NCBI GenBank assembly: GCA_040954595.2
Contig: CM082596.2
Span: 3,209,139 to 3,273,138 of the forward strand
DNA length: 64,000 nucleotides
Direction: 5' to 3'
Origin: Balanoglossus misakiensis
Lineage: Eukaryota; Animalia; Hemichordata
Shown here: piece after piece, positions 46,674 through 61,600 of the stretch
Layout of the letters: every line of letters begins with the position of its first letter
Numbering within the stretch: the first letter of the stretch is position 1
Translations under genes and position numbers: made by a program
The notes under the pieces: generated by a model
What the model was told of the DNA's origin: nothing
Seen by the model: only the letters and a program-made list of their open reading frames with translations
Database searches by the model: none

Positions 46674-48693
46674 GTTAAGAAAATCAAAGCAGTGTGTCGG
46701 TACGACTTTGTCGAGGCACTTGTATAAACCTTTGAGCTGTGTGCAACTCTCAAATACTGAAGGAGTAAGGGGTAGTGATTTATAATGGGTGAAAGTTGTC
46801 TTATTTGGCTTGTGATTACTAAAACTCAAACCATTGTAGTAGTTTATGACCGATATAATTCTCCCAGGTAACAAATCTTTTGCCAAATACCTCACCTGTC
46901 CTCTGCCACTGTAGCTGTGTGGGAGTATTTGAATTACAGGACATTCCTTTAGAGCTATTTGATTTCGGAGTGAAATAAAGCCTCTTGACATTCCTTATGC
47001 CAAATAAAATAATCCATCACATAATCAGACGACAGTTTATATCTTGTGGGCGTATTTTAGGCCTGGCAAACAATCAAATGTTTCTGACAAAAAGATAAGT
47101 AAACAAAGGCATGTTTTTTATAAAAAAGAAAAGTATCAAATGGTTATCAAATGTTGAACATTTAAAAAGGTAATAAATCATGCAATCAGATGTAACTCAA
47201 ACACATCCACCCCTACCAAACATAAATACATTTGTACGTACCTCGAACTCATCAGAAGTGGAGTGCAAGTATGACGTTCTTTGATGAATGGGAAATCTAA
47301 TGGTAGGTGATGATATATTTTAAAAGAGCTGTCATCACCACCAGTTTTTGGTGGCTTTAACAACCATCAGCTACGCAGGGCAAGTCATACTTTTTCAAGT
47401 AAATTTTCCTGAACCTGCACTTTTCATACCCTAAAAACAAACAAAACTTCTGGTACTGGAAATATTGATTTAAAAGGAGTAAAATTAAAAGGCTGAGCTT
47501 TCAACAATGAGTCTTTGGTTTTATACAAACAGAATATTCTCTTATTATTGTAGTGTAATACCTACTTAAATACATAATAATAATAATAAGCTTGATTAAC
47601 ACTACAGTACGTGAGTGAAGTGCAAAGTAGACACATTTATTCATATTGCTAGAATTACTATTAGTATTACACCATGCTAACACCATGGCTTCACATTCTG
47701 AAGTACAACACATCAAAAAACAGTGTAATGTAATGATCAAGTGATATCGAAAAATGGTGTATCTGGTGTGAATGAAAGCTACAGTGCAGTGCACTTCGTC
47801 TGCAATTGGAGTTTGTCAAGTAGCGACAAGATGGTTCTTGTTCCATCAAAGTTCAAGGTTCAGTAGAGATTCACATCCTTTGAGTGATCTACAATAGTCA
47901 TCAAGCATACATTCCACAAAAGAAATCAAGCAGATCATAAGACTATTCTTCTTTTGTAAATACATTTACATTTACTCTTTAGCCACTTTTTGGGTTCACT
48001 GAAACACTGATCCAAACATCTATCCGACAATATATCCACAAGCTCACTTAGGAAACCATGATTGCTGTGTTGTTGATTTTAAACGATATAATCAGTGCCT
48101 GTTATTGTTGTGCACATTCTGTGCATGTTACATTTTTCTTTCTTTTTTTAATTTCATAGAAAATGCATTGTGTAATTTTCGAATTTTTATATGGAGCTTC
48201 ATACTAGCAACCATAGTTTGGGTTGTACCCTAAGACATAAATTATAGACATAACATCCTCTATGTAGCAAAATACAGCAGGTGAAGCTGCTGGTTTTTTT
48301 TACTAAACTTGCATTTGACATGTTTAACTTACTATATGAGAGTTCACTATTTCAAATCTAGTCAGATTTCAAGTTCAGCCTATAAATGACGTTGGTCTTC
48401 AGAGAGATATGTTGGAGTTGCCCTGCATCTGTGACTTTCTCTCTCCACCAAGAGCAGGTTTTCTGTAGTAGCAAAATTGAGATGAAATACTAAGTGTCAG
48501 CTTTAGATTATTCTCTCAACACTAGGAGAGACCAAACCACTGTTTGTAGTAGTGCTGTAACTTTGGGCTTTTTGTTTCCTGTATTTTAGCTCTTTTTTCA
48601 ACTACAGTTCCTTGTTCTGTTTCCTCACACGTCACAAGCCCAACAATTGGCTTGTCAGAAGTGAGCATTGGACTTAAAGAGTCATTTTACCGT

Positions 48694-51600
48694 TTACTTG
48701 TGTCTGTGGATGTAACTTGGCTGTCCATCCACTACTTTCATCCAGTCATCATTGTCACGGGTGAGGGGAGTTTCGGGTCCTAGGAATGCTATGCCATTGG
48801 CCAGGTGGTCTGGTAGTAAATACCTACAAACAACACAAAATGAGACTGGAAGCATTAAGAAAATTGGCTTTTTGTTGTAAATCACAAAACACAAAACCAG
48901 CACACTTTGTTTTCAATTTGCTTCTGGCTAAGTAGTGTAACACTTACTTTTCTGCCACCTGTACCAAATCCTCTTTGGTAACAGCAAACAGTTGCTGACG
49001 GTGTGCTTGTTTCATGTCATCAGAAATGCCGCTCAGAAATAGTGTGATTCCTCTGTTTGGGGGCGCTATAGGATAGTCGACCTGGGGAAAAAGAAAAGGA
49101 TGTGACATTATATTTTCAGTATATGATTTTCACAATTTTCATAACAGTAATATTGAGCAGGGTATAATAATATACTAGATACTCACAGTTTGAAAGACAG
49201 AGAGTTTAGCTTCATCGATGTCTTGATCCGAGAACTTGCCCTGACTGGCCCAGTCTATTGCACCGTCAAATGCCTCCATTGTTTCAAGGTTGTTTGGGTC
49301 CCTGGAGAAAATATGCGAGTTATGAACTTGTCTGGCCGAGATAGATGGTCTATTGATGCCTGTGCATTGCAGTTACTCCTAAATCTGTATAATATGCTGA
49401 TATAAATTTATTTGTAAAAACACAAATCAAATGCATTTTCAAAGTACCTGTAGGAATAGAATGAAAATATTCCGGATGTTCCCATTGATGCTCCTCCGCC
49501 ATAAGCACCTCCCTTCTCCCTGGAAAAAAACAAACATTACAATGTTCACCAGTAGTATTTTTAGGGTGGCCATTTTTATAACTCAAGTGATTCATAGATA
49601 CAGAACTCACCTAATTTCTCTGTGTAGAAACTTGCTTGTCATCAGTTTACCAAGAACTCGTAACCTGCATTAGGAAGAAGGGGGAGTGTTGATTTGCGAT
49701 ATGAGTTTAATTTTGAATCAGTACAGATAAACTAGACTGAGTCCGCATAAGCTGACTTGGTGTATGGTTGCCTCTACGGCCGCTAATCAACCCATGGAAA
49801 TGTGACTTACTTTGCACAATCTGGATGAGTGTATGGCACTGTTGGTACACATCGTCCGACGTAATTCACTGGGAATGGCAGTGGGAAATGAATCCTCCTA
49901 GGTACTGGCTTGAAATTGAACACCTGAGACAGGAGAGATCAAAAAGTATTGATAAGCATGTATATGTATGTCATCTGCCCAAAGCACAAGCTGATAGCAT
50001 TATGATCAATTTACATCACAAACCAAGGAGAAAATGAGCATCAAAAATAATTGTTTTACATTTTTTGTCCCTTGACTGTATCTGTCTATATCAGCTGTAT
50101 GTCCCTTGTCTAAATCTGTCCGTAATTGGCCATATGTCTTACCTCAATCATTTTGACATGACTACCGGGAGCAGGCTTAGGTGGTGGCGCCACAGTCTTG
50201 ATAAACTTCTCGAGTGTTTTAACAGCCGAGTCTATGTTCTCAGGTGTTGTATTCAATGCACATCTGATGAGACAATGTACATGGAGACTCATGAAACAAA
50301 AATGTCAGCAAACTTTCATGTACTACTAGTTTATCCATATGATTAGAGACATGCCTACCTAAGGTGCTTCCTGTTAAACAGAATCTGCGAAATCATCTTC
50401 AAATTGTGAATGACTGGGTCCAAATCCTTCATTTCAGCAATCTTCTTCATAATGGCTACCTGTAAAACAAACATAACAACAGCAGTGTTTGTATACTTCA
50501 GCGTCAAGGGGTCTAATTTCCATGGTGAAACATGAAATCAGGCATTTCAAATATTTCAGTTGTTCATACCTGCGTCATTCCACTAAACAGTTCCTTGATT
50601 TTTCCCAGTGGTGTCAGGGAGCTCCCGGCACACAACATGGCATAATGATGGCCATGGTGGGGTATGGAGTTGGCCAAATCGGCTGCTTCCATCTGGATCA
50701 GAGTTGTCAGGGTGTTTGTGTCATCAAAGCTTGCTCTGTTGAGAAATCAAACCAAAATTTAGCACCATCTAATATCATAACATATCACATTGTATCATAC
50801 AGTATTGTACCATACCTTCTGTAAATTGTCTTTGAAGTAAGACCTTAGTAGAGTGAGGTACCTTCAACATTATCAGTAGTCATCGCGAATGAAACAAGTT
50901 AACATATACTCTTTTTAATTTACTGGCAGATGGAGCAAGTAACAGTCACAGCGCTGACCAACTGGTCGATGCTTTAGCGCACAAGATACATGTTTTACTG
51001 CATCATAGCTTTATTTGCGTACCTGTGAAAAACTTCTGTCCACAGATCAAACATATCTTGCAGATTGTGATCTAGACAGAATGAGGAGATTACCACACCC
51101 TGAAATAAAATGTCAAAATGTTGATGATCTATACAATGATTTCAGAAGCAAAGTTTCCCACATGAAAGTACTGATTCTGATTAACAGTAAAGGAAACAAG
51201 GGCAGGTGTTTCTGTACTTGGTTTGAGTGGAACAATATTCCTTTCTCCTAGACATAACTGACCTGCTGTTTAAGAGTTTTAAAACATCGCTAGTTGAGAC
51301 ACAAACCTGTTCATGACCATTGATGTTACTGTGATGTAATACAGTGTGCGGTGTAACACTTAGACCTCCAGTTTTCAATTCTTCTCTCTGGGCAAATTCA
51401 TGGTGATTCATCACTCCAGCACCAAGTCTGTGAGACAAGACACAACAATGTTACTGGTGAATTGCAAGTATGGTTAATTACCATGTGATTCAGTTGACAG
51501 GCCTGTCTGATTTTGATTTGTTTGATGCAGGCAAATGTGAGAGACGGACACACACATCACTGTGGCCAGAACTTACTTTGTTATCACACTGCAAAACAAT

Positions 51601-54600
51601 GGCACATATGTCATGAGTTCCTCTGGAAGTCTTTTCAGATTGGCCACAGCTCTGAAATATGTGACTCCATTTGTTGGCTGCTCACACAACTGGATGGGTA
51701 CGTACTCTGAAAAGAAGCCAAACACTTCAGAAAGGAGTCGCTGGATTGTCATCAGATGACATATTTTAACCATTTCATCCCTGTTTCCTTTTATGGAAGT
51801 CCAACTTTACCATAGAAAACAATAGATTTGGACCAAACCATGGTGGTGAAAGGGTTAATGAAAACCACAAAACACAAAAATGATATCTGGACAATCTATA
51901 ACTCACCTATAATTGCCTTTTTAATAGCTGTCCTTTTCAAGTCTGGATTGATGTCACTAATCTTCAGTGTTGGTAAACAGGACAAGTCTTCCTGTGCATT
52001 CTGTACTTTAGCAAGCCTAAGACCTAAAGCAGAAAAGAGTAACACAATTCTATTATTTTACAATCCTAGAAAATAGGATTCAAAGTTCACAACTGTTAGT
52101 GTCTCGTCACAGAAAAGCATGCATTTTTACATGTGACTTCCTCTGAAAAAGACACCAGTACTTCAAGTTCAACTGACCATGACTGTACACTTCTGCTCTG
52201 TCTTTTTCACTCAAAGCGTCCAACTTCTCTTGCAACAACTGTTTTTCCTCTTCCGCTTTGTTCTTCTCATAGTCCGGATCAGGACTCATTGTAAGCGTCA
52301 GTTTGTGGGGATTGTTCTTGAAGTAGGTCTCCATTTTCTCTTGCAAGAACCTGGGGTTCTCTGCCATGGCGTTCTTGAACTGCTCCACACACTTGTTGAC
52401 TTGCAAGTTGGCGATGGGATCCCCTCCATGGTTCCAGCTTGGCATCAAAGACTGCAGATATATGACATTATATAACATGGCTGCCGTTATTGCAGTGAAA
52501 ACTTCGTACTGCTCAATTTAACAAACTATTAAGGTACTCATTAGTATGATAAATACAGTTGTTGTCGCTAGCGACAGATGCTTGTACTTACACCGATGAG
52601 TCCAAGACCAAACTGTGTTGTTTGATGTTTTATGGACAGTTCTATCTTGTGAAGCACAGCATCTATCCTCTCTTCAGGAAACCCCGTTCTAGAAAATGAA
52701 AATATAAATTTGACCCCAAGAGCAACATTATCCAAATCATTAACACCCCAACCACCTCTGTTGTCATCATCATTATCATCGTCGCCGTCATCATCATTTT
52801 CACCCAGTCAGTTTCACAGTTCTCTGACAATACTTACTGGATTACACTGTCTATTGTATCTTCAATGATCTTCTTCACAGTTTCGACATCACTTTCGCCG
52901 ATATCCTTCAGTCCGACCGAGAAAACTGCCTCCTTAATTGAGCCATTATAACTAGCACCAAAGAGATAACAAATGTGAAGTTTGTATTTTGGTGTCATTT
53001 ATACAATACTGTCAATTGTTTGTACTTTTTTCAACTCTTCACCTACATAATGATTAATCTTACTGAAATTTCTGAGTCAATTATTGTCAAACATACGAAG
53101 AGAGTGTTGAAAGGATTATTTCCAATACTGAAGTATCTCTACTTACCCGACAACAGGAGCATAATCCGATCCAATATTGGCATCCAACAATGCCTGATAA
53201 AATGGAGATGTTGGTCCAGCAGTCAACAGTGATCCAATGATAGATGCCGTGAATGATTCAAAGGTGTCTGTGATGCTACAAATATAGAGAAATAATGTCA
53301 GTTTCAGCAAAAGCAGTGAGAGATTCTTCGATAGTGTTTGGACAGTCTGATTTAATGCCAGCCAACTAGCAACTATCTAGTGGCTGACCAATGTGGGACA
53401 AGCTACTGTACCAAAAACACAACCACTTACTCATTGAGAAGATAAGAAACAGACAGTGTCATCTGTTTCTTTGGATCGACTGCCATGGGATCCACTGCAC
53501 AAGACACATGGTCTTCCCTCTGAAAATACAGAAATTAGAATTGTTATTTCACTCCAAGACTGTTCTTTGTGGCTTCCCAATTTTTGTTTGACAGATGTTT
53601 AAAATATTAAACACTGTTTGTATTGCATGCGTGTTCATTCTACTTACAGGTTCTGTCCATCTTTCCTCTTTTGGTACCTCAGTATCAGGCTCAATTTTTG
53701 AAAACTTGCTCAGTGCGTTTTTTTGGATAAATTCTAAATGGTTCTCCATTGGCATGTCTCCATAGGTATAAAATCTGAGTGAAAAAAATAGCAACATAAA
53801 GTTGGTCATGATCATTACAGAGTGGTTAAAAAAAGTTAATATCTGATAACTGGTTGCATGAGATGCATTTACCTGGCATTACTAGGGTGGTAATGTGTTG
53901 CATGGAACTTCCGGAGTTGTTGCACAGTCAGTTCTGGAATTTTCAAAGGATCCCCACCGGAATTCGTAGCATAGGTGTGGCTGGGAAGTATTTTGTTCTG
54001 TACGTGAATTCCAAACATATCATCCGGACTTGTCTGGAAAAAGGGGAAATAGAACATTTGAACTTCTCAGTACCATCGATACACAATCTGTTCATTATTA
54101 AAGATATCTGCGTAATGACAGCAATGAATTTGGGAAATGATACAATTACTGATGTGCCCTAACTTAATCAAACTTAATTTCAACTTACCAGAGCCCCTTT
54201 CATTTCATTGAAAACAACACCTTTGAAAATGATTGGAGAGTTGGTATTATTGATATCTTCATGTTCTAGCCTCCATCCTTCTTGGCTGTTAAAATATAAA
54301 GGTTCAATCAATCAAGCAACCAATCAATCTAACAGTCAGTCAGTCAATCAATCAATCAAGTCAGTCAATCAATCAAGAATTCCACCACTGGTATTAAACT
54401 TATTATTAGCTGAGCACAACACAACTTACCTGAAGTCATATTCTTGGAGTTTTGGAAAGAAGACAGCATCCAGGTACACTGACAGTAAATTCTCAAAGTC
54501 TTTATCATTCTGGCTCGAAAATGGATAAATGGTGTAGTCACTTGCTGTGGACAAATCAGATGACATTTTCAATTCACTTTGGAATACTCACATACAAGTG

Positions 54601-55668
54601 AGCACCAGATCATAAATTGGCATAGCATTACCTGTCATGGCATTGAGGAATGTTGAGAGTGATCTGGTCAACATCTTGAAGAATGGATCTCTGATCGGAT
54701 ACTTGCCACTGCCACACAAGACAGTGTGTTCTAAGATGTGCGGCACTCCTGTATCGTCCATCGGGGTCGTACGGAAACCAACACTGGAATGAAAATATTT
54801 GAGTTTTACCAATGATGATGAGGTGTTGGATGTGGTGTCCATCCTACGTATATTGCAACATTGTATTTCTTACAAACAAAAATATCAAATGATCTGGCCT
54901 ACCTGAATACATTGTTGGCGTCGTCCCTAGCAACGTGTAGATATTGGGCACCAGTGGCATCATGGGTAAGTTTCACTGCTGTTAAGTGCAGCTCTGATAT
55001 CGTGTCCACCTTGTTTGAAATAGGACGTAGAAACCAACATCATGAGATTATGATCGCCATAACAACTGGAAGGTGTTTTAATGACATTCACAATTACGCG
55101 GATCACAAATATCACTTTCAAACCTCACTTTGTCAACAGTGAAACCATGAATCTTTTCTCCCGGCTGATATTTCTGTGCTTCTTGCAACACTGCTGAACT
55201 TGAACTTGAGATACTGGTAGTACTGAAAGATCTTCTAAAGGGTTTTCTACATTTCCTGCTTAAGTTTAAGAAAAGAGGAACAATGTCATCTTCTCAGCTG
55301 ATTATCAATATCAGGCCACAAGCTTGCACATTCAATATATACAATACTAGGCATAGCCTAGGAAATGTAGGATGTGCACTGGGCTAAGATATCACTGACT
55401 ACTAATCCAAGAGCTGAATATCTATGTATATACGAACAGCCATTATATAATATACATGGCAGGATACTGCTTCCATGGTCACATGCATTGTACGGCAAGA
55501 TTCCATCCATCATTGAATGATTCAATCCATTTGATTCATTGCACATTTACACATGCATCAGCCTGGTAAAGCCTCCGATCTCTGATATTTTTGTTTATTT
55601 CATCCTTACCTATTCTGTGCAATCGTCACCAGCCTCTTGACATGCCTCGACGCTGCCGATCGCAACAT
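48694..55668 (-). CDS. PITRM1: Presequence protease, mitochondrial (M16C metallopeptidase); more than 20 coding exons
   Basis: Arg-rich presequence [14 protein letters not shown] at 55668. [48 protein letters not shown] with inverted zincin Hxx[44 protein letters not shown] motifs. Exact terminal exon end taken from the ORF stop. Confidence 0.96.
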
Positions 55669-56780
55669 TTTAGAATGTCAGCCTTGCAGTTCAGCGATTG
55701 ACGTGCTTGTAGTGATCGCCAGCTGACCTTGAATGAATTATTTCACAACATGACCCCTGTGTGACCTTGTATGTTTGTGCAAAGCATCCATTCTCCAGTG
55801 AGTGTGGCCACACAGCTCTGCCATTATTTGCAACAGAGGGGATTTCTCTGTAAAACTATGAAGCAGCAGTACCTTGAATTCCACCAGAATTTTTTCATAG
55901 AAGATTTCTGTATAAATAACCCCACTTGATTACTGCAAACCCCGGCGTATTAGTGTGGCATAAGGGTGTATTGTTTTGACAGGCTTCAAAATATTGTATC
56001 TAAAAGTTTCAAAGCTAGGCGGTCGTAAGTGAGTCTGTGTGTCAATTTAATAAAAAGCCAAGGAAAACAAACTTCTGGTCGAGTTTGATCGCAATTTTCT
56101 ATGAGAAGGAGAGCGTTGTCTTTGATGTCATAGCACAGATCGACTGTTTGGTCGGTAGACTCACAAATCGGTACGTTGGCATGTAGAAATAGGTGTTAAT
56201 GTTTTTAGCAGATAGCAATTAGCATAACAACAAACGGTGGATGTTTATCACAGCTGTTTCAGCTATGTGTACACCGGTGCAAAACAGTTATTCTGGAGCG
56301 GGGATGTGTGTTATGGCAGCTTGATTAGACTGATATTTTGCATCCCCAGCTCAGATTACCGAAATGGAATCTTGATTAAGAGACTGTCATTTGCGAAAAT
56401 GGGGGGTGTCTGTTTCCCTTGGGTTTGTTTACTTTTCTGTGACGCATTTCTCATCCACCCAAGTCCCAACCCCGCCCCCATCACCTAGGAAACTCATGAA
56501 CTACATCCAGTAGTGATGTGATGGCAATGTGTCTTCAGACACATTGTACCTCCACCATAGATTGGTGCTTATAAATTGATGTCACTGACCTACTCAACAT
56601 TATTACAAAATACCCAATAATAAAGTTTCTGTGCCGTTTAGCGGGTCTTCTCCCAGAATGCAACGCTAGAGATCTTTTGATTTGGGGATCTTGTACCTTC
56701 CTACCCCATATAATCAATGCAAAGTCCTGCATCTCTACTTTCAGGGGTATGGTTGTGTTGTCTGGAACAGGGTCGGTAAG

Positions 56781-58690
56781 ATGTGGTATGTGATGGCAAG
56801 GCTGCAGCAAAGCTACAGTCTGCAGGAGCGCCTGGTTCGCACCATTGCCGACTGGCGGGCGTACTCCACAGACGATGTGGAGGAGCTGTTGGACGAAGGG
56901 GCGGATGTCAACGGCGCCTCGGGCACTCTGCTACCGTTGCACTGTGCGTGCATGGTGAGCGACAGCAATGTTCTCAAGTTGCTGCTAGACAGGGGTGCTG
57001 CAGTAAGTATTGGTACCTAAGAATTTAAGGATAAGGCTTAAAGGGGAAGCTTACCCTCTGTTGTAATTGCACAAAGTTGTTTAATAGTCACGTGACAAAT
57101 GCCAATTTCACTAACTTTCACTCGTGCACAGCAAAGTAATTTATCACCAATGATAAAAGACAAGAAGTGACAGAATTGACTTGTGGGTCGTCTGCTGCAG
57201 GGGCAAGTACATGTACAGTCACGTTGCTGTGTCAAGTCACACACACACATGAACTATGACATAACTATGGCAACAGATAATTTGGAGCCAGAGATCCCCC
57301 TCTAAAAACTGGAGATTGAAATAACACTGGACCGTACGCAAAGCGCAGTACTGCACGTCGACTGCAACACAAGTCGTGTACGTCACTTCTAGTTGCATTT
57401 TAAACACACACAGTGCACGACTGAGATCTAATCCATAGGATATCTGACAATATAATGACAGGACTTTGGAAGGACTGTTGGTGAACTATGTAGTGACCTT
57501 CCATATTGATGCCAGGTCCCACCCAACATATACATGTACATTAACCTCCTACTGCTTTGCATTCTGTTGTGTGACCTCCCTTTTGAGGGATTGCCTTGCG
57601 AGACAGAAAGAATCCTTTTTTTGTTTGCGGCTTGTAGTGTTCTGTTGTGTAGCTGTGAAAGTTCCAAGTGTAAAGCCAAAAATGGCAAAATGCATTTTTT
57701 TAAAATGCGAGAGGGATGACTATATGTATGTGTAATGAAACTCGCCAACCCTGACTGTCAGTGAATAACAGAAAGAGTGTACTAACGGATAATGGAAAGA
57801 ATGTACTAACACCAAGCTCTAGCGACAGCGCCCTCTAATGCCAATCGCGGAATCTATTGATCAGTTGTTTTTGTGTGCAGTGCAGTCTGTGTGTAATTCT
57901 ATCTAATCTTAGGCAAATATAAGCTTCGGTAAAAGTTTAGTGAAGTTTAGAAAAAATCTAACTTGAAATTAATAAAATGTGGTGTGGACATAAGGTTTGA
58001 TTTTTTGAAATTCAAGTTCAATCAAGTAAAACATGGAACTTTTTCAAACAGGTCAACGCTGTCGATGGCTATGAAAGAACTGCTTTGCATTATGCCGCGG
58101 AAAAAGATGACATTTGCACTGAGCTTCTCATACAACATGGTGCTGACCTGAACGCCCCCGACGGTAATCAGGACACTCCGCTGCACTGGGCTTCGTTTAA
58201 GAACAATGTGAACAGCGTCAAGATTCTGCTGCGCCACCAGGCCGCGGTCAACCTCGTGGACTACAACAACGACACGGCGCTCAGCTGGGCTGCGCTGAAA
58301 TGCAACCAGGAGAGCATTCAGTTGTTGCTAGATTACGGGGCGGACCCGTCCATCACGAATTATAACGGGATGTCGCCTATTTTACGGGCGGCCATCATGG
58401 CGGCCTCCGGACTAGATAGCCGGGACGTGGAGTCTGTCCGGTTGCTCGTCAAAGCGCTTGGCATGTTTGACATACGCAACGAGCAGGGCTGCCTGCCCAA
58501 TGAAATCAAGCGAGACGCGCACCTTCACGACATGCTCATACAGTACTGCGAAAACGCCAGACCACTCAAGGAGCTGTGTCGCTTTGTTATACGTAGAAAT
58601 CTCGGCCAGACTTATTTGCCTGAAGCTGTGACTAAACTGCCATTGCCTGCTGTGCTGCGGAGTTACCTACTGCTGCAAGAACAAAGATGA
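56781..58690 (+). CDS. ASB8: Ankyrin repeat and SOCS box protein 8, 286 aa, 2 coding exons
   Basis: Exons 56781-57002 and 58052-58690. MWYVMARLQQSYSLQERLVRTIA, PLHCACMVSD, TALHYAAEKD, DTPLHWASFKNN match vertebrate ASB8. C-terminal SOCS box LKELCRFVIRRNLG...LPLPAVLRSYLLL. Confidence 0.95.
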
Positions 58691-61600
58691 TCACAGGATA
58701 TTCTTATACATTATAAGGATGCCTGTCTTTTAACACTGCGAAAAGTGCAGTTCAGAAACTTTTAAGTGGGAGTATGCATGAACCATTAGTGTACATAGAA
58801 TATGACATTTACACAAAGACACACACTCATACTCATAATAACCATAATACTGATACACGTATCTCTGTATGCACCACTGCATATGACAGATTCATCACTC
58901 ACATTGACAATCTGGGCCAACTACCCGTGACATTTGAAACGTGTACCTGGCTTGAATGAGTAAAGAAGTACCATATGACCGTGGGACGGCTTGCTCTAAT
59001 ACTCATCTATGATGTGAGCGGCTTAAATACATCTTGTTTCTGAATAATGCAACATGTGAAAAAGATATCATCTCGACTATGAAACTGCAGAAATTAATGC
59101 AGAGCGATACATGTAGTTTAAGATTAAGATATTATCTGGGTTTTTTTTTTGTTCACTTCATGAATAATGCATGATGTTCCGAGGCTGTAACTTTTTCCAT
59201 TATTTTTTAATATTTTAATCTGGAACCAAGGTCGTCTCATAATGCATTCATCGTGTGAGATGAGCATCTGCTTGTTATCACACTTTTACAGGAAAGTGTT
59301 GGGAGTGCAAGTTCCTAACAGTACCATCTCTTGGGTACGATTAACCTATTTACTGCCATGGTGTGGTTTAACCTCATTCTTTCAGTGGTGAATTCGGAGT
59401 CATACATTTGGAAAGAGGGGTGACATGGTGAAAGAAAGTGCTCCCCTCAAATTTTAAACACACAACTACCTTGGGCAGACTTTTATGTTGAGATTTAAAG
59501 CATGTATAATTTTTTTATTATTTCATATTCTGACATAGTATCGATTGAAATTAGACTTTCTAAACTGTGTCTTTATGAAGCCATCAGCGGATGTTACAAT
59601 ATGGTTAATATTATTTAATGGTATGCTGCAACTATTTAATCAGGGCAGATAATAAAATAACAAGAGTTTATTAAACAACCCAAACTTTGAAAATATTTTC
59701 TACAATCAAGAGATAATGCAACATCAGAACCATTTACAGATTCTAAATAAATCTGGATCTTTGCTTGAATTGAATTGTTAATTGTCGCAGTTGTAACTGT
59801 TTTATCATTTTCGCTTTATTTTTATCTGTCCATCTGTAGACCTTCAAATATTTTATTCCTTTGAGAAAGATATTACAGCTGGTTGGTTTGTGCAGGAAAG
59901 TAGAAAATAAAACTTGTTTCTGTTTTGCTTGAAGAATCAACCATAAACTAGGCTTCTGTGTTATTCTTTATAATTTAAAAATGAATTCTGTGTATCATGA
60001 ATAAAACAAGCGAGTCTATGCTAGAAAGTACCCCAGGTTGTACAGTATTTATTCGCTGACATTCAGTTTGGGATGTGATGTGTAATTTACACGGTACAAC
60101 GTGGCATAAAAAGATGTCATCTGGAAATGGCAAAGTTGAATTAATCTCACTGAGACATATTATGTTATATTAGTATTTATTGCTTTAGCATGGGAAGCTC
60201 TCTTTAAAAGTATTGAATAAATCGGGTGATTAAAAAAATTGTGTATTTTTCCTCTGCCATGCTTGTCCGTGCTTGCAGTTCCTCCCTGCAGCCATAGAGT
60301 ATATATGCTTTGTTGTGTCTGTTCATTTCTCAGCAGTGCCGTAAATTAAAACTCATCATTAAACCCAGACACACACAGTGACCCACACTCCCGCAAATGT
60401 TGTCTCGCATTAAAACCTTGAACAGCGCCGCCATTGGCCAGAATGGACCGTTTTACGAACATGAGTGTAATTACATCCCCAGGCACTAGTTTTAATTACT
60501 CATTTTTTTCACACAGCTGTCCAGTTTAAATTCGTTATGTATCAAAATATCATAAAGCATGGAGCTCAAATGCTGGGAAGTATAGCTGCACAATGTGTGT
60601 GCATGGGGGCTGGCAGGGTTGGGGTGATGCATATGGTTTCATGTAGGTACTGCTGACCATGCATAGATACATGTAGTGTTGCTTTTAACATGTTGATGTT
60701 TGTCGGCTGCATGCTAGCTGTTGATTGGTCCTTCAAAGGTCAGAGTTCACCAGTTCACATGGCAGCACATGGCTCGGTTCAATAACCTTGGCATGCATCT
60801 TTGTATGCACTGTCAGATTTAGTGAAGGGTTTTAGAGGATGATGATGATTGATGCAGCGGTTAGGTCACAGTGCAGATGAGTTCGAGCGACCACAAATGT
60901 CGTTTGATGGCAAGGATCTGTTTTATTAGCGTTGACATAATACTGATGTAAAGTTATTTCTATATACCGGTATTAAATTGTTTTGGCGACATGCTGGATT
61001 TAACGCCTGAATGAGCAAGTACTAGTATGTAGATACCTATACTTCCGGCAGTCTTCTTGAATAAAGAATCAGACATACAGATTTATTCTTGTACGGCAGC
61101 CAATTTAACCCTTTCGTTCAGACTAAACCCACTCTTTTTTATGGTAAAGGAACTGGGGGTGAAACAGTTAAGGATGGTGGCCAGGGGGTGTGGACTGTAC
61201 CGTACGTATAAAACAATGGACTTGGGCCAAACTGTGATTGTGAAAGGGTTATTTGCAGTTTCACAGGTTTCACAGGTTTCTTGTTCGAGTATGAGGCTCA
61301 TACGATGAGTTAATTTCTCTTCTAAATGTCCAATTGATTTCTTTTCTGACCACTGATGTCACAATTTAAGCTTTGGTAGTGATTGAATCTGACATAGAAA
61401 AAAGCATCTTGCCATCGTTGAATGAGGCACACTGATACAGTAACCCAGATCGAATAATTTCATTACAGTATTGCAGTTGCTTGGATGCATAGCTAATGGA
61501 ATCTGCAGTTGTTTTGTAGATGATTCATGCGGTGCATGGCAATTGGTTTATATATGAATGTGTGTTTTGTGTCTGCGTCTGTGCCTGGCGGCAATTTCAG

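Noticed and set aside
50590-50620. Suspected frameshift in a PITRM1 exon
   Set aside because: Recounting the T run gives an intact frame [16 protein letters not shown].
50816-50843. Candidate 28-nt PITRM1 micro-exon with AG/GT borders
   Set aside because: The flanking exons already join in frame and match the family; including it would shift the frame. A poison exon cannot be excluded but has no support.
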